A stretch of 64,000 nucleotides of DNA from an uncultured Chloroflexia bacterium. Lineage in GTDB: Bacteria > Chloroflexota > Anaerolineae > CG2-30-64-16. Below are positions 40,318 to 50,193 of the stretch, piece by piece (positions within the stretch are counted from its first letter, which is position 1; each line of letters opens with the position of its first letter). The stretch covers positions 32,001 to 96,000 of the forward strand of contig CAVZDU010000007.1 of NCBI GenBank assembly GCA_963774265.1. The letters run 5' to 3'. The notes under the pieces were generated by a model, which saw nothing but the letters and a program-made list of their open reading frames with translations, had not been told where the DNA came from and searched no databases. Both the position numbers and the translations under genes were made by a program.

Positions 40318-41277
40318 CTAACCTTCCAGGTCGGCGAACAGCACCGTGCTGAGATAGCGCTCGCCATTGGATGGAATGATCACCACGATGCGCTTGCCGG
40401 CGTTCTCAGGCCGGAGCGCGACCTGGATGGCCGCATGGACGGCAGCACCCGAGCTGATCCCCACCAACAAACCCTCCTCGCGCGGCAGCCGCCGTGCCAT
40501 GGCAATCGCCTCGTCATTTGTTACCTTCACGGTCTCATCAATCAGACTCGTGTCGAGGACAGCCGGAATGAACCCCGCGCCGATACCTTGAATCTTGTGC
40601 GGACCGGGTTGACCGCCGGAGAGCACCGGCGAGTCGGCCGGTTCCACCGCGATGATCTTCATGTTTGGCAAACGATCCTTCAGCGCCTGGCCCACACCGG
40701 TGAGTGTGCCGCCCGTGCCGACGCCCGATACCAGGAAATCGAACTTCCCGCCCGTATCGCGCCAGATCTCCTCAGCCGTCGTCCGGCGATGGATTGCCGG
40801 GTTGGCTGGGTTTTCGAATTGCTGCGGGATAAAATAGCGGCTGTCTGCATCTGCAAGCTCGTTCGCCTTGCGGATTGCACCCTTCATGCCCTCGCTGCCC
40901 GGTGTCAGGATCAATTCGGCGCCGTAGGCACGCAGCAGCTTGCGCCGCTCCAGGCTCATTGTCTCCGGCATCACCAATGTGCAGCGGTAGCCTTTGGCCG
41001 CAGCCACCATCGCCAGGCCGATGCCCGTGTTGCCGCTGGTTGGTTCGAGAATGATCGTATCCGGCCCGAGCTTGCCCGCGGCTTCGGCCGCCTCGATCAT
41101 GCTGAGTGCAATACGATCTTTCACGCTGCCGCCCGGATTCTGGAACTCCAGTTTGGCCAATACCTCGGCGGTGCTATTTTTTGTGACGCGGTTCAACCGC
41201 ACCAACGGCGTATTGCCGATCAATTGCGAAACGTCACCCACGATGCGGGGGGCAACGGTGGTTTCAATAGCTGACAT
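40318..41277 (-). CDS. cysK: Cysteine synthase A
   Basis: [42 protein letters not shown]. Confidence 0.96.
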   Translation of the reverse strand: MSAIETTVAPRIVGDVSQLIGNTPLVRLNRVTKNSTAEVLAKLEFQNPGGSVKDRIALSMIEAAEAAGKLGPDTIILEPTSGNTGIGLAMVAAAKGYRCTLVMPETMSLERRKLLRAYGAELILTPGSEGMKGAIRKANELADADSRYFIPQQFENPANPAIHRRTTAEEIWRDTGGKFDFLVSGVGTGGTLTGVGQALKDRLPNMKIIAVEPADSPVLSGGQPGPHKIQGIGAGFIPAVLDTSLIDETVKVTNDEAIAMARRLPREEGLLVGISSGAAVHAAIQVALRPENAGKRIVVIIPSNGERYLSTVLFADLEG

Positions 41278-41327
41278 GAGTGGTCTCCTTCACGTTACAG
41301 TCTTGTGTTTGAGTTTCGGATGCAGAC

Positions 41328-41576
41328 AAATAAAAAGACTCACCTGGGCGGATGCGCCCTGCGATGAGCCTCTAGCGACCATGCTATCCGGGTCAGGTGA
41401 GGTCAGTCCTCGCCTTCGCCCTCTAACGGTTCAGCCTTGTTTCAACGCGACCCATCGCAGCCTGCCGCGGTGGTTCAGCGGACGTGGGTGGCGCCCTGCC
41501 AACTCACGCCCGCTCAAGACACGAGCACGCGCGTGCAACGGTTTGCTGAACGGTATTTTTCACAGTTTTACCTTGT
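41328..41576 (-). promoter_or_regulatory. Structured 5' leader / putative attenuator of cysK-cysE
   Basis: Hairpin AGCGGGCGTG/CACGTCCGCT; alternative pairing CTGCGATGGG/CTCATCGCAG; terminator-like stem CTCACCTG..CAGGTGAG followed by TTTTTATTT. Confidence 0.65.
41504..41563 (-). CDS. Putative cysteine-sensing leader peptide MKNTVQQTVARACSCLERA
   Basis: AAGGT SD, GTG start, Cys codons at positions 13 and 15, stop inside the first leader hairpin. Confidence 0.6.
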   Translation of the reverse strand: MKNTVQQTVARACSCLERA

Positions 41577-41582
41577 GAAAAT

Positions 41583-41611
41583 ATCCTACCCGACGATGCG
41601 CCAGAAGTCAA
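41583..41611 (-). promoter_or_regulatory. Sigma70 promoter for the cysK leader
   Basis: TTGACT-N17-TAGGAT. Confidence 0.7.
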
Positions 41612-41618
41612 GTAAGAA

Positions 41619-42020
41619 TTACACCATGTTGACGTCGAGGTCATTATAGCGGAAGGCGTTGAGTGTGGGTTGGCTTCGGTCGGCCAGGCTGCAAATCAGG
41701 TAAACTGCGTCGGGATAGGCGGCACGCTCGATATCGGTCTCTGAGGGGACGGCGGGACCTTGTGGGTGGGAATGGTAGATCGCGACGAGCTCCAATCCAG
41801 CTTCCTCAAATTCGATCTGTTTTGCCAGCGTTTCGATGTCGAGTTCGAAGGTAGCGCGCGGCGTGGCAGAGACGTTACGACCGGCATGTACGGTCACGGC
41901 GACGCCATCTATTCCCGAGACAAGGCCGCAGACTTCCTCAGGATAGCCTGCCTGCGCGTGAGCGATGATCTGCTCAGCCAATTCGGGTGACAGATAGAAT
42001 GAGCCTGCGTTCGTCACCAA
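41619..42020 (-). CDS. M67 (JAB/Mov34/MPN) metallopeptidase
   Basis: YPEEVCG, IYHSHP..PSETD. Confidence 0.92.
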   Translation of the reverse strand: MVTNAGSFYLSPELAEQIIAHAQAGYPEEVCGLVSGIDGVAVTVHAGRNVSATPRATFELDIETLAKQIEFEEAGLELVAIYHSHPQGPAVPSETDIERAAYPDAVYLICSLADRSQPTLNAFRYNDLDVNMV

Positions 42021-42655
42021 GCCCTGCCGGTCAGATGGGGATTCGTCTGCCGTTCAGCTCCCACAGTGCTACTCTCACCATGCCCTGACAGGATGACATA
42101 ATCGTCAGGGAGGGTCAGGATTTCCCTCCGGATGCCGTTCAAGAGCGTATCAAGGTCGCCACCATGGAGGTCAGAACGGCCGATGGAGCCGGCAAACAGC
42201 GCATCACCCGTGAAGGCGCGGCGGCTCGCGTGGTCCACCAGGGTGACGCCTCCGGGGGAATGGCCTGGCGTGAGACGCACTTCGAGGGCGATATCACCAG
42301 CTTCAACCGTTTCGCCCGGTTTCAGGTCCTTGTCGATCGTGGGCGCTTCGCCCGGATCGTAGCCCAGCCAGGAGATGCAGGTGCGCCGCATGGCCACGAC
42401 CAGGGGGAGGTCGGCATGGTGAAGATAGAATGGTGCGCCCGTCTCCTCTTGCAGCACGCGACAAGCCAGGAGGTGATCGAAGTGACCGTGGGTGCCGAGG
42501 ATGCGCGCAAGCTTCAAGTCGTGGCGTCTGAGGCTGGCAAGGATGGCGTCCGGCTCGTCGCCAGGATCGATGACGATGGCTTCGTGCGTGCGCTCGCAAC
42601 CAAGCATGTAGCAATTCGCCTGCAGCATACCAACGGGCAGCGTATCGAGTATCAA
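42014..42655 (-). CDS. MBL-fold metallohydrolase (glyoxalase II-like)
   Basis: THGHFDH, PGHSPG, GDALF, GHG. Confidence 0.92.
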   Translation of the reverse strand: MILDTLPVGMLQANCYMLGCERTHEAIVIDPGDEPDAILASLRRHDLKLARILGTHGHFDHLLACRVLQEETGAPFYLHHADLPLVVAMRRTCISWLGYDPGEAPTIDKDLKPGETVEAGDIALEVRLTPGHSPGGVTLVDHASRRAFTGDALFAGSIGRSDLHGGDLDTLLNGIRREILTLPDDYVILSGHGESSTVGAERQTNPHLTGRAW

Positions 42656-42675
42656 ATCAGCGTCTCCTGTTTGGC

Positions 42676-45174
42676 CTACGGTTTCTCAATCTTCACGGTG
42701 CCCAAATATGCACTGCCTGCTTCAGTCTCTTCGTCGGGCAGGAGTGTCAAGCTGAGCCGGTAAGTATCGGGCTGAAGGTCGGCGGGAATGGGCAGATCGT
42801 GTTCTCCCCGGACGATTTCGTCCTGCTGCCACAGTGTACTGAGATAAGTCACGCTCACCAGCGGTGCAGTCAGGCTGGCGACCGTATTGCCGCCACCATC
42901 GCTCAGTGTGAGCGCAAACCACCAATCCGCACGTGGTGCTACATTCGCGCGCCAGTAGAACGTGACGTGGAGCAAGTCGCCGGGTGCGATGGGCGTTTCA
43001 GGCGCGTGGCCAAAGCCGCGCTTGTAGCGGTCATGGCCTATCAGGCTGATCGCGCCAAAATCGAAGCTCTGGCGATACTGCATTTCTAACGCGTCCAGGG
43101 GCGGCGGTGTCTTCGCGCGCTGCACATTGATCGGCGGCAGGCTGATGAAATCGCTCCCATCGGATAGCTGCAGTCGATCCAGCGTCTCCGCATCATACAT
43201 GCCTACGATACGGCGGTAGCTGCCGGGTGGGGTGCCGGGCGGGATGAGGAGGCCGTGGTTGTCGAGCACCATTTCGCCGGGCTGCCAGGTGGTCGTTGGG
43301 CGGCTTTCACCCGAGGGCTGGGCGTCGCGCTGTGCAATAACCTGGTCGCGCGGGTCCAGCAGTTGCAGAAATACCTTGTAGGGGCGCGCCGGCGTCTGGT
43401 CCGCGCGCCATATGAGCTGTAACTGGGTGACCTCGCCCGCGGCCGGGGACAGATTCCAGCCCAGGTAACCCACCAGGCTGATCTGGTCGCCCAGCCTGAT
43501 ATCCAATGCGTCGACGATCTCATCCGCCGCACGACGTTCGGGCATGACATACACCGCCAGTCGCACGTTGCCATGCCACTGATCCAACGTTTTGTAGCCT
43601 CGCTGGTCCAGCCAATGTTCGATGATGCTCTGCGGGTCAGCCTCCGCCGCGGCCCAGTAAAGGACATAAATCTTCTGGTGCGCCAGCAGCGCATCGAGGT
43701 CCGACTGGGTCTGGACAGGATCCAGTGGCCGTTGGCGGGGCAGCGGGTAAATTGGCAAGTCACCCTTGTAGTAGTAGCTGAAGACCTCGCTCTGGCCCGG
43801 CGCAGTGAGCACGATGGCATCGGTGGGTTGGGCAGTTGCAACAATGAACTGGCTCATCCCCCGGTAGTCATCGCGTGCGACGTTAGGATCGTCGTAATAG
43901 CGCGTCAGGGATGCGGCTGACGTTGCGGTGATGAATGACAGGGCGATCAGGACCCATGCCACAGCGCCGAGTCCCCTGAACAATCGCTCTCCCTGGACGG
44001 CTCTGCCCGTTTCCGCGGATTCCGCGCCCCCAACAGGCGGTTCACTGCGGGCCAGCAGCCATTCGGCAGGCCCCAGGGTGATCCGTGAAAGCAGCAGCGC
44101 AAAGGCCGGGCTGCCGATGACCAAGAACTTCAGGTATGAGCCCCGGAATAGTCCCAGGCCCAGGATCATCAGGATAGGCGCGAGCATCCATGACAGAGGG
44201 AGGATCATCCGGACCCAGTCCATGCGCGGTGCGCCACACTGCTTTGCGCGGCTGAAGTAAGGCCACGGCAGTGCCCCAAGCAAGGCCAACAGGAAAAGGA
44301 CCCACGCCCAGGGCTGAGACGGTTCAAGCGGCACCGGGCCGAACACCAGCGTGGTGACAAGGATGTTGATTTGTGCGGCGAAGCTGGCGGCTGTGACGGG
44401 TGCCGGCCAGGAGGTCAACTGGTGCACCGCGACGCTGAGCCAGGGCGCGTACAGGCCGAGCGTGAGCACCAGGAAGAGCAGCCAGCGGATGATGCGCGGC
44501 CAAACACACCCGCGACGCCCGGTGATGATCAGCCACAAGGCGTAGAGGCCGGTGCAGAGCGCAATGATCAGCGCAAAGGCGTAGTGGGTGTAGAGGCCGG
44601 CCGCCCAGACAAGCACCAGCAGTTGACCTGAAAAGGGCAGCCAGCGCACCCGGGCTTTGGCCACACCCTGGCAAGGCAGGCGGCGGTCTTCCTGGTTCAA
44701 CAACCACCAGAAGAGCAACATGGTCAGCGCGGCTTCGAGCGCCACCAGGATATACATCCTTGTTTCCTGGCCATAGTAGATCTGGAAAGGCGCCAGCGCA
44801 GCGATGAGGCCCGCCGCGAGTCCGCCCGCGTTATGGTAGAGGCGGCGGCCCAACTCAGCCGTGGCCAGGACGAGCAGCACGCCGAACATGACGCTCAGCG
44901 AGCGCAGACCGGCTTCCTCATGCCCGAAAATGCCTGTCCAGAGGTGCAGCAGCCAATAGTAGAGAGGAGGGTGAATGTCGTTCGCGGCGTCTTGCACGAT
45001 GACGGCAAGAGAGCGGGTGGCCAGGGCCGCACTGTTGCCTTCATCCGCCCACAGGCTTTGCGCCTCCAGGTTGTAGAAGCGCAAGGCGGCTGCGATTCCC
45101 AGGAGGAGCAGCAGCACGAGGATGAGCAGGCTGGCGTCGCGTCGCGATTGCCTCACTGCTTGACACCCCTCCAT
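42676..45174 (-). CDS. GT-C fold glycosyltransferase (family 39/PMT-like) with extracellular C-terminal domains
   Basis: QSLWADE, DIHPPLYY, LRSLS, multiple TMs. Confidence 0.85.
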   Translation of the reverse strand: MEGCQAVRQSRRDASLLILVLLLLLGIAAALRFYNLEAQSLWADEGNSAALATRSLAVIVQDAANDIHPPLYYWLLHLWTGIFGHEEAGLRSLSVMFGVLLVLATAELGRRLYHNAGGLAAGLIAALAPFQIYYGQETRMYILVALEAALTMLLFWWLLNQEDRRLPCQGVAKARVRWLPFSGQLLVLVWAAGLYTHYAFALIIALCTGLYALWLIITGRRGCVWPRIIRWLLFLVLTLGLYAPWLSVAVHQLTSWPAPVTAASFAAQINILVTTLVFGPVPLEPSQPWAWVLFLLALLGALPWPYFSRAKQCGAPRMDWVRMILPLSWMLAPILMILGLGLFRGSYLKFLVIGSPAFALLLSRITLGPAEWLLARSEPPVGGAESAETGRAVQGERLFRGLGAVAWVLIALSFITATSAASLTRYYDDPNVARDDYRGMSQFIVATAQPTDAIVLTAPGQSEVFSYYYKGDLPIYPLPRQRPLDPVQTQSDLDALLAHQKIYVLYWAAAEADPQSIIEHWLDQRGYKTLDQWHGNVRLAVYVMPERRAADEIVDALDIRLGDQISLVGYLGWNLSPAAGEVTQLQLIWRADQTPARPYKVFLQLLDPRDQVIAQRDAQPSGESRPTTTWQPGEMVLDNHGLLIPPGTPPGSYRRIVGMYDAETLDRLQLSDGSDFISLPPINVQRAKTPPPLDALEMQYRQSFDFGAISLIGHDRYKRGFGHAPETPIAPGDLLHVTFYWRANVAPRADWWFALTLSDGGGNTVASLTAPLVSVTYLSTLWQQDEIVRGEHDLPIPADLQPDTYRLSLTLLPDEETEAGSAYLGTVKIEKP

Positions 45175-46982
45175 AGGCGGCGACGGGGGTAAACTGGCGG
45201 CTCGTCAGATGGCGGTGGTGGCGGGGGCGGTGGCGCTTTGGGTTCGCGCCGCACACGGACCTGCCGCGCGACCTGGGCGAATACCAGACACAGGAGTGCG
45301 ACAGCGGCTGCCGCGAGCGCTGTCCATCGCAGCCAGAGTGGCGCCTCGCGGCGCACTGTGATCGCACTCACGCCTGCACGACCTCCGATAACCTGGATTT
45401 GCACCAAATGCTCGCCATTCGGGAGCCCACGCGCCATCGTGGTCATCCCCGCGGTGCCGGTCAACATCACTGGCTCGTTATCATCCACGATGACCTGTAA
45501 ATTGCCGTCACACGGAGAACCATCTCCACAGCCTGGCTCGATGCCCAAAGCCGTACCCTTGAAAACGAAACGTAACGTCGCGCCGGGTGCGGCCACACGA
45601 ACGCTGGCGTAGGGCGACTGAGAAGCAACCGCGCTCTCCCACTCACCGTTTTCCGTCACAGCCCAACCCAGGGCCTCGTGCATGCCTGGGTGAAGCACTG
45701 GCGTCACCGAGGTCATATAGGTCTTCAGGCCGTTGTAAACGGGCTGGAGCGTGAAGTCCGGGTCGGCCAGTCGAAAGTATCCTTCAGGACGCTTCGCCTG
45801 CAGCCATTCGTCGGTCGCGCGCTTGAAATACCAGGTGTTGACCACGCCGGCCCACGGCCACTCGGACCCTGCACGTTCGTAGGCCAGCGGCGTGTAACGC
45901 GCTTGCTGTTCCGGCGTAACCCTGCCGAAACGCTGGTCGGGCGCATCGGCCGGGACAGTATTCCAACCCATCTCGCTGATCCAGATTGGCTTGTTCGCGT
46001 CGCCGTTCGTCACCATCACATCGCGCACGAACTGAGGCCGGCCGAAGTTCATCACTCTCGGGTGCATCCGGTGATCGGTCGGGCCGGACCACAGCCCATA
46101 GGCCTGCACGGCCATGATATCGAAATAAGGCGCGGCCCCCGCGTCATACATACGCTGAAGGTAGATCAAGTCGTTGAGTGCGTTGCCCGGCGGCGCCGCG
46201 TCCGGTGACAACTCGATGGTGCTCGCAAGCGCGCCGGCAATAATGACGACGTTGGGATCTGCCTCGCGGGCGCGCGTGGCGCCGGTTTTCAGGAGACGAG
46301 TATAGTCTTCGGGGCTAATTGGATAGGCGCCCCACTCCGGATAGATATTCGGCTCGTTCCAGAGCTGATAGAAACGGATGCGTCCTCTGTAGCGATCGAC
46401 GAGCGCGTATACAAAATCGCCGAAATCGTCGTAGTTGTCAGGCGGTGCAAATGTCCCCACTTCGTCGCCGCGGTCACGACTCCACGCCGGCGGCGTGCTG
46501 ACCCGGACGATCAACTCCATGTCGTACTGGTCGGCCAGGTCGACGATTTGGTCATACTTCTCCCATGCGGGGCGGGCTGGGGAATTGCGGCGATCCTCGA
46601 AATCGCCTTTAGCGTGGATCTCGATGTCCTGCCAGGGGAACTCTTGCCGGAGCCAGTAGAAGCCGGCTTCCTTTGCCAGTTTCACAGTCTGCTCTCGCTT
46701 GGCGGATTCGACTTCCTCGTTGAGGAAGACATTTACGCCGAAGGGATTGAGGTTCGCGTACTTGACCGGCGCTTCGGGCGCAAGATTGAGCCGGGGACGG
46801 AGCAAGTCGGCCGACAGGTCGGTGAGTCCCTTTAGCTGCGAGAGTAGATTCTCTTCGCCGGTGAGGTTAACCAGGGCGCCGCGCAGCGCGTCGCGGCCTT
46901 CGTAGCCAGCCAGCACGACAATGGCGGCGAGGATGAGCCAGGCCAGCCAGCTGCGGCGCGACCTTCGGGGGGAACGTGTCAT
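45153..46982 (-). CDS. Membrane-anchored clan-A glycoside hydrolase (GH5/GH39-like)
   Basis: WLRQEFPW, WNEPN (acid/base), KPIWISEMGW (nucleophile); TMs at both ends. Confidence 0.8.
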   Translation of the reverse strand: MTRSPRRSRRSWLAWLILAAIVVLAGYEGRDALRGALVNLTGEENLLSQLKGLTDLSADLLRPRLNLAPEAPVKYANLNPFGVNVFLNEEVESAKREQTVKLAKEAGFYWLRQEFPWQDIEIHAKGDFEDRRNSPARPAWEKYDQIVDLADQYDMELIVRVSTPPAWSRDRGDEVGTFAPPDNYDDFGDFVYALVDRYRGRIRFYQLWNEPNIYPEWGAYPISPEDYTRLLKTGATRAREADPNVVIIAGALASTIELSPDAAPPGNALNDLIYLQRMYDAGAAPYFDIMAVQAYGLWSGPTDHRMHPRVMNFGRPQFVRDVMVTNGDANKPIWISEMGWNTVPADAPDQRFGRVTPEQQARYTPLAYERAGSEWPWAGVVNTWYFKRATDEWLQAKRPEGYFRLADPDFTLQPVYNGLKTYMTSVTPVLHPGMHEALGWAVTENGEWESAVASQSPYASVRVAAPGATLRFVFKGTALGIEPGCGDGSPCDGNLQVIVDDNEPVMLTGTAGMTTMARGLPNGEHLVQIQVIGGRAGVSAITVRREAPLWLRWTALAAAAVALLCLVFAQVARQVRVRREPKAPPPPPPPPSDEPPVYPRRRLWRGVKQ

Positions 46983-47021
46983 GGCTGTTGGGCTGATGCC
47001 GGTATGCTAGAGATCGCAGAA

Positions 47022-47048
47022 GACCGGCATCCGCACAGGATGCCGGTC
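47022..47048. terminator. Hairpin after SH3 lipoprotein gene
   Basis: GACCGGCATCC-GCACA-GGATGCCGGTC. Confidence 0.55.
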
Positions 47049-47064
47049 CTCAAGACACAAACTA

Positions 47065-48000
47065 TCAATCACCCACGAAGGTGATGCCGGTGCATTGCAC
47101 GCCTTCGGTCAGAGTGCGTACGAACTTGTCGGACACAGGGGCGGGGGGACCGTTGAACTGATTCTGTTCCCCGCCGGTGACTCCATCGCAGCTCACGACG
47201 TAGATTTCAACCTGGCCGGTTGGCGGCGCGCCTGGGCCAAATGGTGCTAAGCCCCAAACGCCGTCGCCCACGCCGTTGCAGCCACTGCATTTGGTCTGGC
47301 GGGGTCCGTAGAACGCGATGTGTACGCACACGCCGTTGCGAGGCGAGTTGTCACGAAAGCGGATGAAACCGTTGAAGTAGGTCGTGCCCGCGTTCGGTTG
47401 ACAATCAGCGGAGCCTTGCACATAGGTGAATGGGTATGACGGCGCGGGCGGTGCGGGCGGGCTGGTCGGCTGCGGCACTGCGGTGGGCTGAACCGGTCGC
47501 GGGCGGGCAGTAGGCTGCGGCCGCGCGGTCGGCACCGCAGGCGCCATCGCCACTTCTACACCTTCCAGATCGCCACTGATGCGTACGAGTGTCGATGTGA
47601 CCCAGCCGTCCTGGCCGTTGAGGTCGAACTTGATCCAATCGCCGGCATCGTTGCGACCGGTGATATCGAAGGACTGCCCGAGGGTGAGCCGGCCGATGCT
47701 TGGGTAGGCGGTACCCGGTCCACTGCGCACGTTGACGTTTTGATTCGCAGTCAGTTGCGCCGGTGGGACAGGTGTCTCGGTCGGGACGGCCGTCGCGGTG
47801 GCTTCGGGCGTCGGCGACGCAGGAGCTGCCGTGGCGGTTGGGATTACGATAGAGGTCGGCGTCCAATCGGGCGTCGGCGTGAAGGTCGGCTTGGGCGTCT
47901 TAGTCGGCGGCACGGGCGCCGGTGCAGGCGCCGATACGCACCCGGCAGCCAGCGCGACGACTAAGATTGCAAGGGAAAGAGCAACTAACTTCCTGGACAT
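47065..48000 (-). CDS. SH3b-domain lipoprotein with Pro/Thr-rich linkers
   Basis: LAAGC lipobox; VNVRSGPGTAY..GW. Confidence 0.85.
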   Translation of the reverse strand: MSRKLVALSLAILVVALAAGCVSAPAPAPVPPTKTPKPTFTPTPDWTPTSIVIPTATAAPASPTPEATATAVPTETPVPPAQLTANQNVNVRSGPGTAYPSIGRLTLGQSFDITGRNDAGDWIKFDLNGQDGWVTSTLVRISGDLEGVEVAMAPAVPTARPQPTARPRPVQPTAVPQPTSPPAPPAPSYPFTYVQGSADCQPNAGTTYFNGFIRFRDNSPRNGVCVHIAFYGPRQTKCSGCNGVGDGVWGLAPFGPGAPPTGQVEIYVVSCDGVTGGEQNQFNGPPAPVSDKFVRTLTEGVQCTGITFVGD

Positions 48001-48209
48001 TGAAACGTACACCTCGAATGAGATTGGAGATCATATGACCCGGGCACGTGAATGGCTGGCCGGGACCTATGCTACGGCCATCAGACCGGCAGGTTTGATG
48101 ATTCTAGCACAAAATGATGTTGGGTCCTAACATACCCCCTATCGCATGCATTCTGAACGGAGTCCGCAGGCGCAGTCGAAGGATCCATGCGAGACCGAAG
48201 GATTTCCTC

Positions 48210-49334
48210 TCACTTACTTTGGCATCGCCTGATCCCGTCTTGCGCGGGCTTGGAGTCGGGGTTCAGCACAAGCGCCTGCTCGAACCACTTGATCCCCTTA
48301 GCGCAGTCATCAAGATACGAGTAGGCGAGGCCCAATTCATAGTAGTACTCCTCGTTTTTCAGGCCCAGATCAAACGCCCGGGTGAAACTCTCGATGGCCG
48401 ATTCCCAGTTGAGCTGCGTATAGTACAGCCGCCCCAGGTGAGCGTGCGCGGGCGCATACTCCGGGTCCAGATCGATGGCCTTGTTCAGGGTGGCCTTGCC
48501 CAGGTCCGGATCACCGTTCAACGCGCTGGCATGACCGAGCGAATCGTATCCGGTTGGGATGTCGGGATTGACCTCGACGGCTTTCTGGAACTGAGCGATG
48601 GCGTTGTCGTACTCGTTCAGCGCCATGTGAATGTTGCCGGCGCTGATGTAAATGTACCCCAGCTTAGGCTCTAATTCTGCCGCACGGGCATACTCTACCA
48701 AGGCTTCTTCGTATCGACCTTGCATCGACAAAACATAACCGAGGTTGCGGATCACGTACGCGCTGTTCGGATCCAGCGTTTCGGCCTGCCTGGCTTCTTC
48801 GAGCGCACGCTGCCAGTTATTGCGATCCGCATAGACCTCGCCCAAGGTCGCGTGGGCCTCCGCGGATAGCGGGTCGGCATCGACAGCCTTCAACGCGGTC
48901 TTGATCGCTTCGTCGTACTCGCTGTTCCAATCCTGCGCCATGGCGAGGATGGATAGATTCTCGGCGTCCGGCTCGATTTGGACGGCCTGTTGCGCTGCTT
49001 TGACCGCGCGTTCGGGATGACCCCTCAAGATCCAAAGCCACGCGACGCGATTGAGGGCCTCGTGATTCTCCGGTTCAAGTTGCACCATTCGATCGTAGCT
49101 CTCGGCGGCTTTGGCGAAAAGGCCGGCCTGATAGGCGTCCTCGGCCTCGGCCAGGTAGCTCACGGCGGAACGCGTCGGTGTGGCGGTCGGTGCGAGCGGA
49201 TTAAACGGGTTCTCAAAGAAGCGCGTGCGCGTGGCCAGGAGATACACGCCAGGCATCAGGATAATGGCGATCAAAAAGATGATCGGCCAGGGGGAGCGCC
49301 TGCGGCGCCCGCGATACCGGCGGTCGATCTGCAT
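48210..49334 (-). CDS. Membrane-anchored tetratricopeptide repeat protein
   Basis: N-terminal TM; repeated TPR units (A..LG..Y...A..P). Confidence 0.9.
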   Translation of the reverse strand: MQIDRRYRGRRRRSPWPIIFLIAIILMPGVYLLATRTRFFENPFNPLAPTATPTRSAVSYLAEAEDAYQAGLFAKAAESYDRMVQLEPENHEALNRVAWLWILRGHPERAVKAAQQAVQIEPDAENLSILAMAQDWNSEYDEAIKTALKAVDADPLSAEAHATLGEVYADRNNWQRALEEARQAETLDPNSAYVIRNLGYVLSMQGRYEEALVEYARAAELEPKLGYIYISAGNIHMALNEYDNAIAQFQKAVEVNPDIPTGYDSLGHASALNGDPDLGKATLNKAIDLDPEYAPAHAHLGRLYYTQLNWESAIESFTRAFDLGLKNEEYYYELGLAYSYLDDCAKGIKWFEQALVLNPDSKPAQDGIRRCQSK

Positions 49335-50189
49335 CAGCCGCGCTCCACTCCAGCCATGCCTGCAGTGATGATCTGCGCGGCGACGTCCGCGACGATGCGC
49401 TCGATCGCCTCGCGGATGACCGGCTGGCCGTTGCCGATGATTAGCGTGGTGCTGGTGAGATGTGCAGGGGCCCCATCGTACTGCGTGAGAAGGCCGCCGG
49501 CTTCCTCAACCATCACCCAACCGGGCGCGAAATCCCAGGGCTTCAGTCCGGTCTCCCAGTATGCCTCCAGGTGACCTGAGGCGACCCATACCATCGTCAT
49601 CGACGCGGCGCCCAGGCGGCGAACGGACTGAGTCAGGTTGTCAAGGATCGAGAACTCCGTGTGACGCGCACGGCCCGCCTCGGTTCGCGGCGTACTGGAA
49701 GCCGGTGGCCAGGATTGCGCTGCGCAGTTCATTGACCCCAGAGACGTGCAGCCGGGTCTCAGTGTTCCCTTCTTGTCGCCATGCGCCCTGGCCACGGACC
49801 GCCCAATACGTCCGATTGTTCGCGGGTTCATGGGTCACGCCCAGGACGGGGTAACCGTCATGTGCGAGAGCGATGTTGACGCCGTAGATCGGGAGGCCGT
49901 GTGCGAAGTTAGTCGTTCCATCCAGGGGGTCGACAATCCACACCCATTCAGCGTCGGAGAAACGTTGGCTCGTCTCCTCTGAGATGATGCCGTAATGGGG
50001 AAATGCCGCGCGTAACTCGGACAGGATGAACCGTTCCGAGGCAAGGTCCGCTTCGGTCACGATGTCAAAGTGACCCAGCTTCTGACGGATGGTCTCCTGA
50101 TTGAGCCCGCGTTCGCGGATGCCCAACAACAAATCTCCCGCGCGTTGCGCCAGGTCGATGGCAAAATCACGAATTGCATTGTCCAACAA
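49334..50189 (-). CDS. suhB: Inositol monophosphatase family protein; frameshift near 49685
   Basis: VTEAD, SEE, WIVDPLDGTTNF; then RRLGAAS..LKPWDFA in ORF 49334..49831. Confidence 0.88.
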
Positions 50190-50193
50190 TAGT

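Noticed and set aside
41328-41576. T-box or SAM-I riboswitch in the cysK leader
   Set aside because: No TGGNACC T-box bulge and no SAM-I core (ATC..GAG..GCAACC..GTGC) found by eye.
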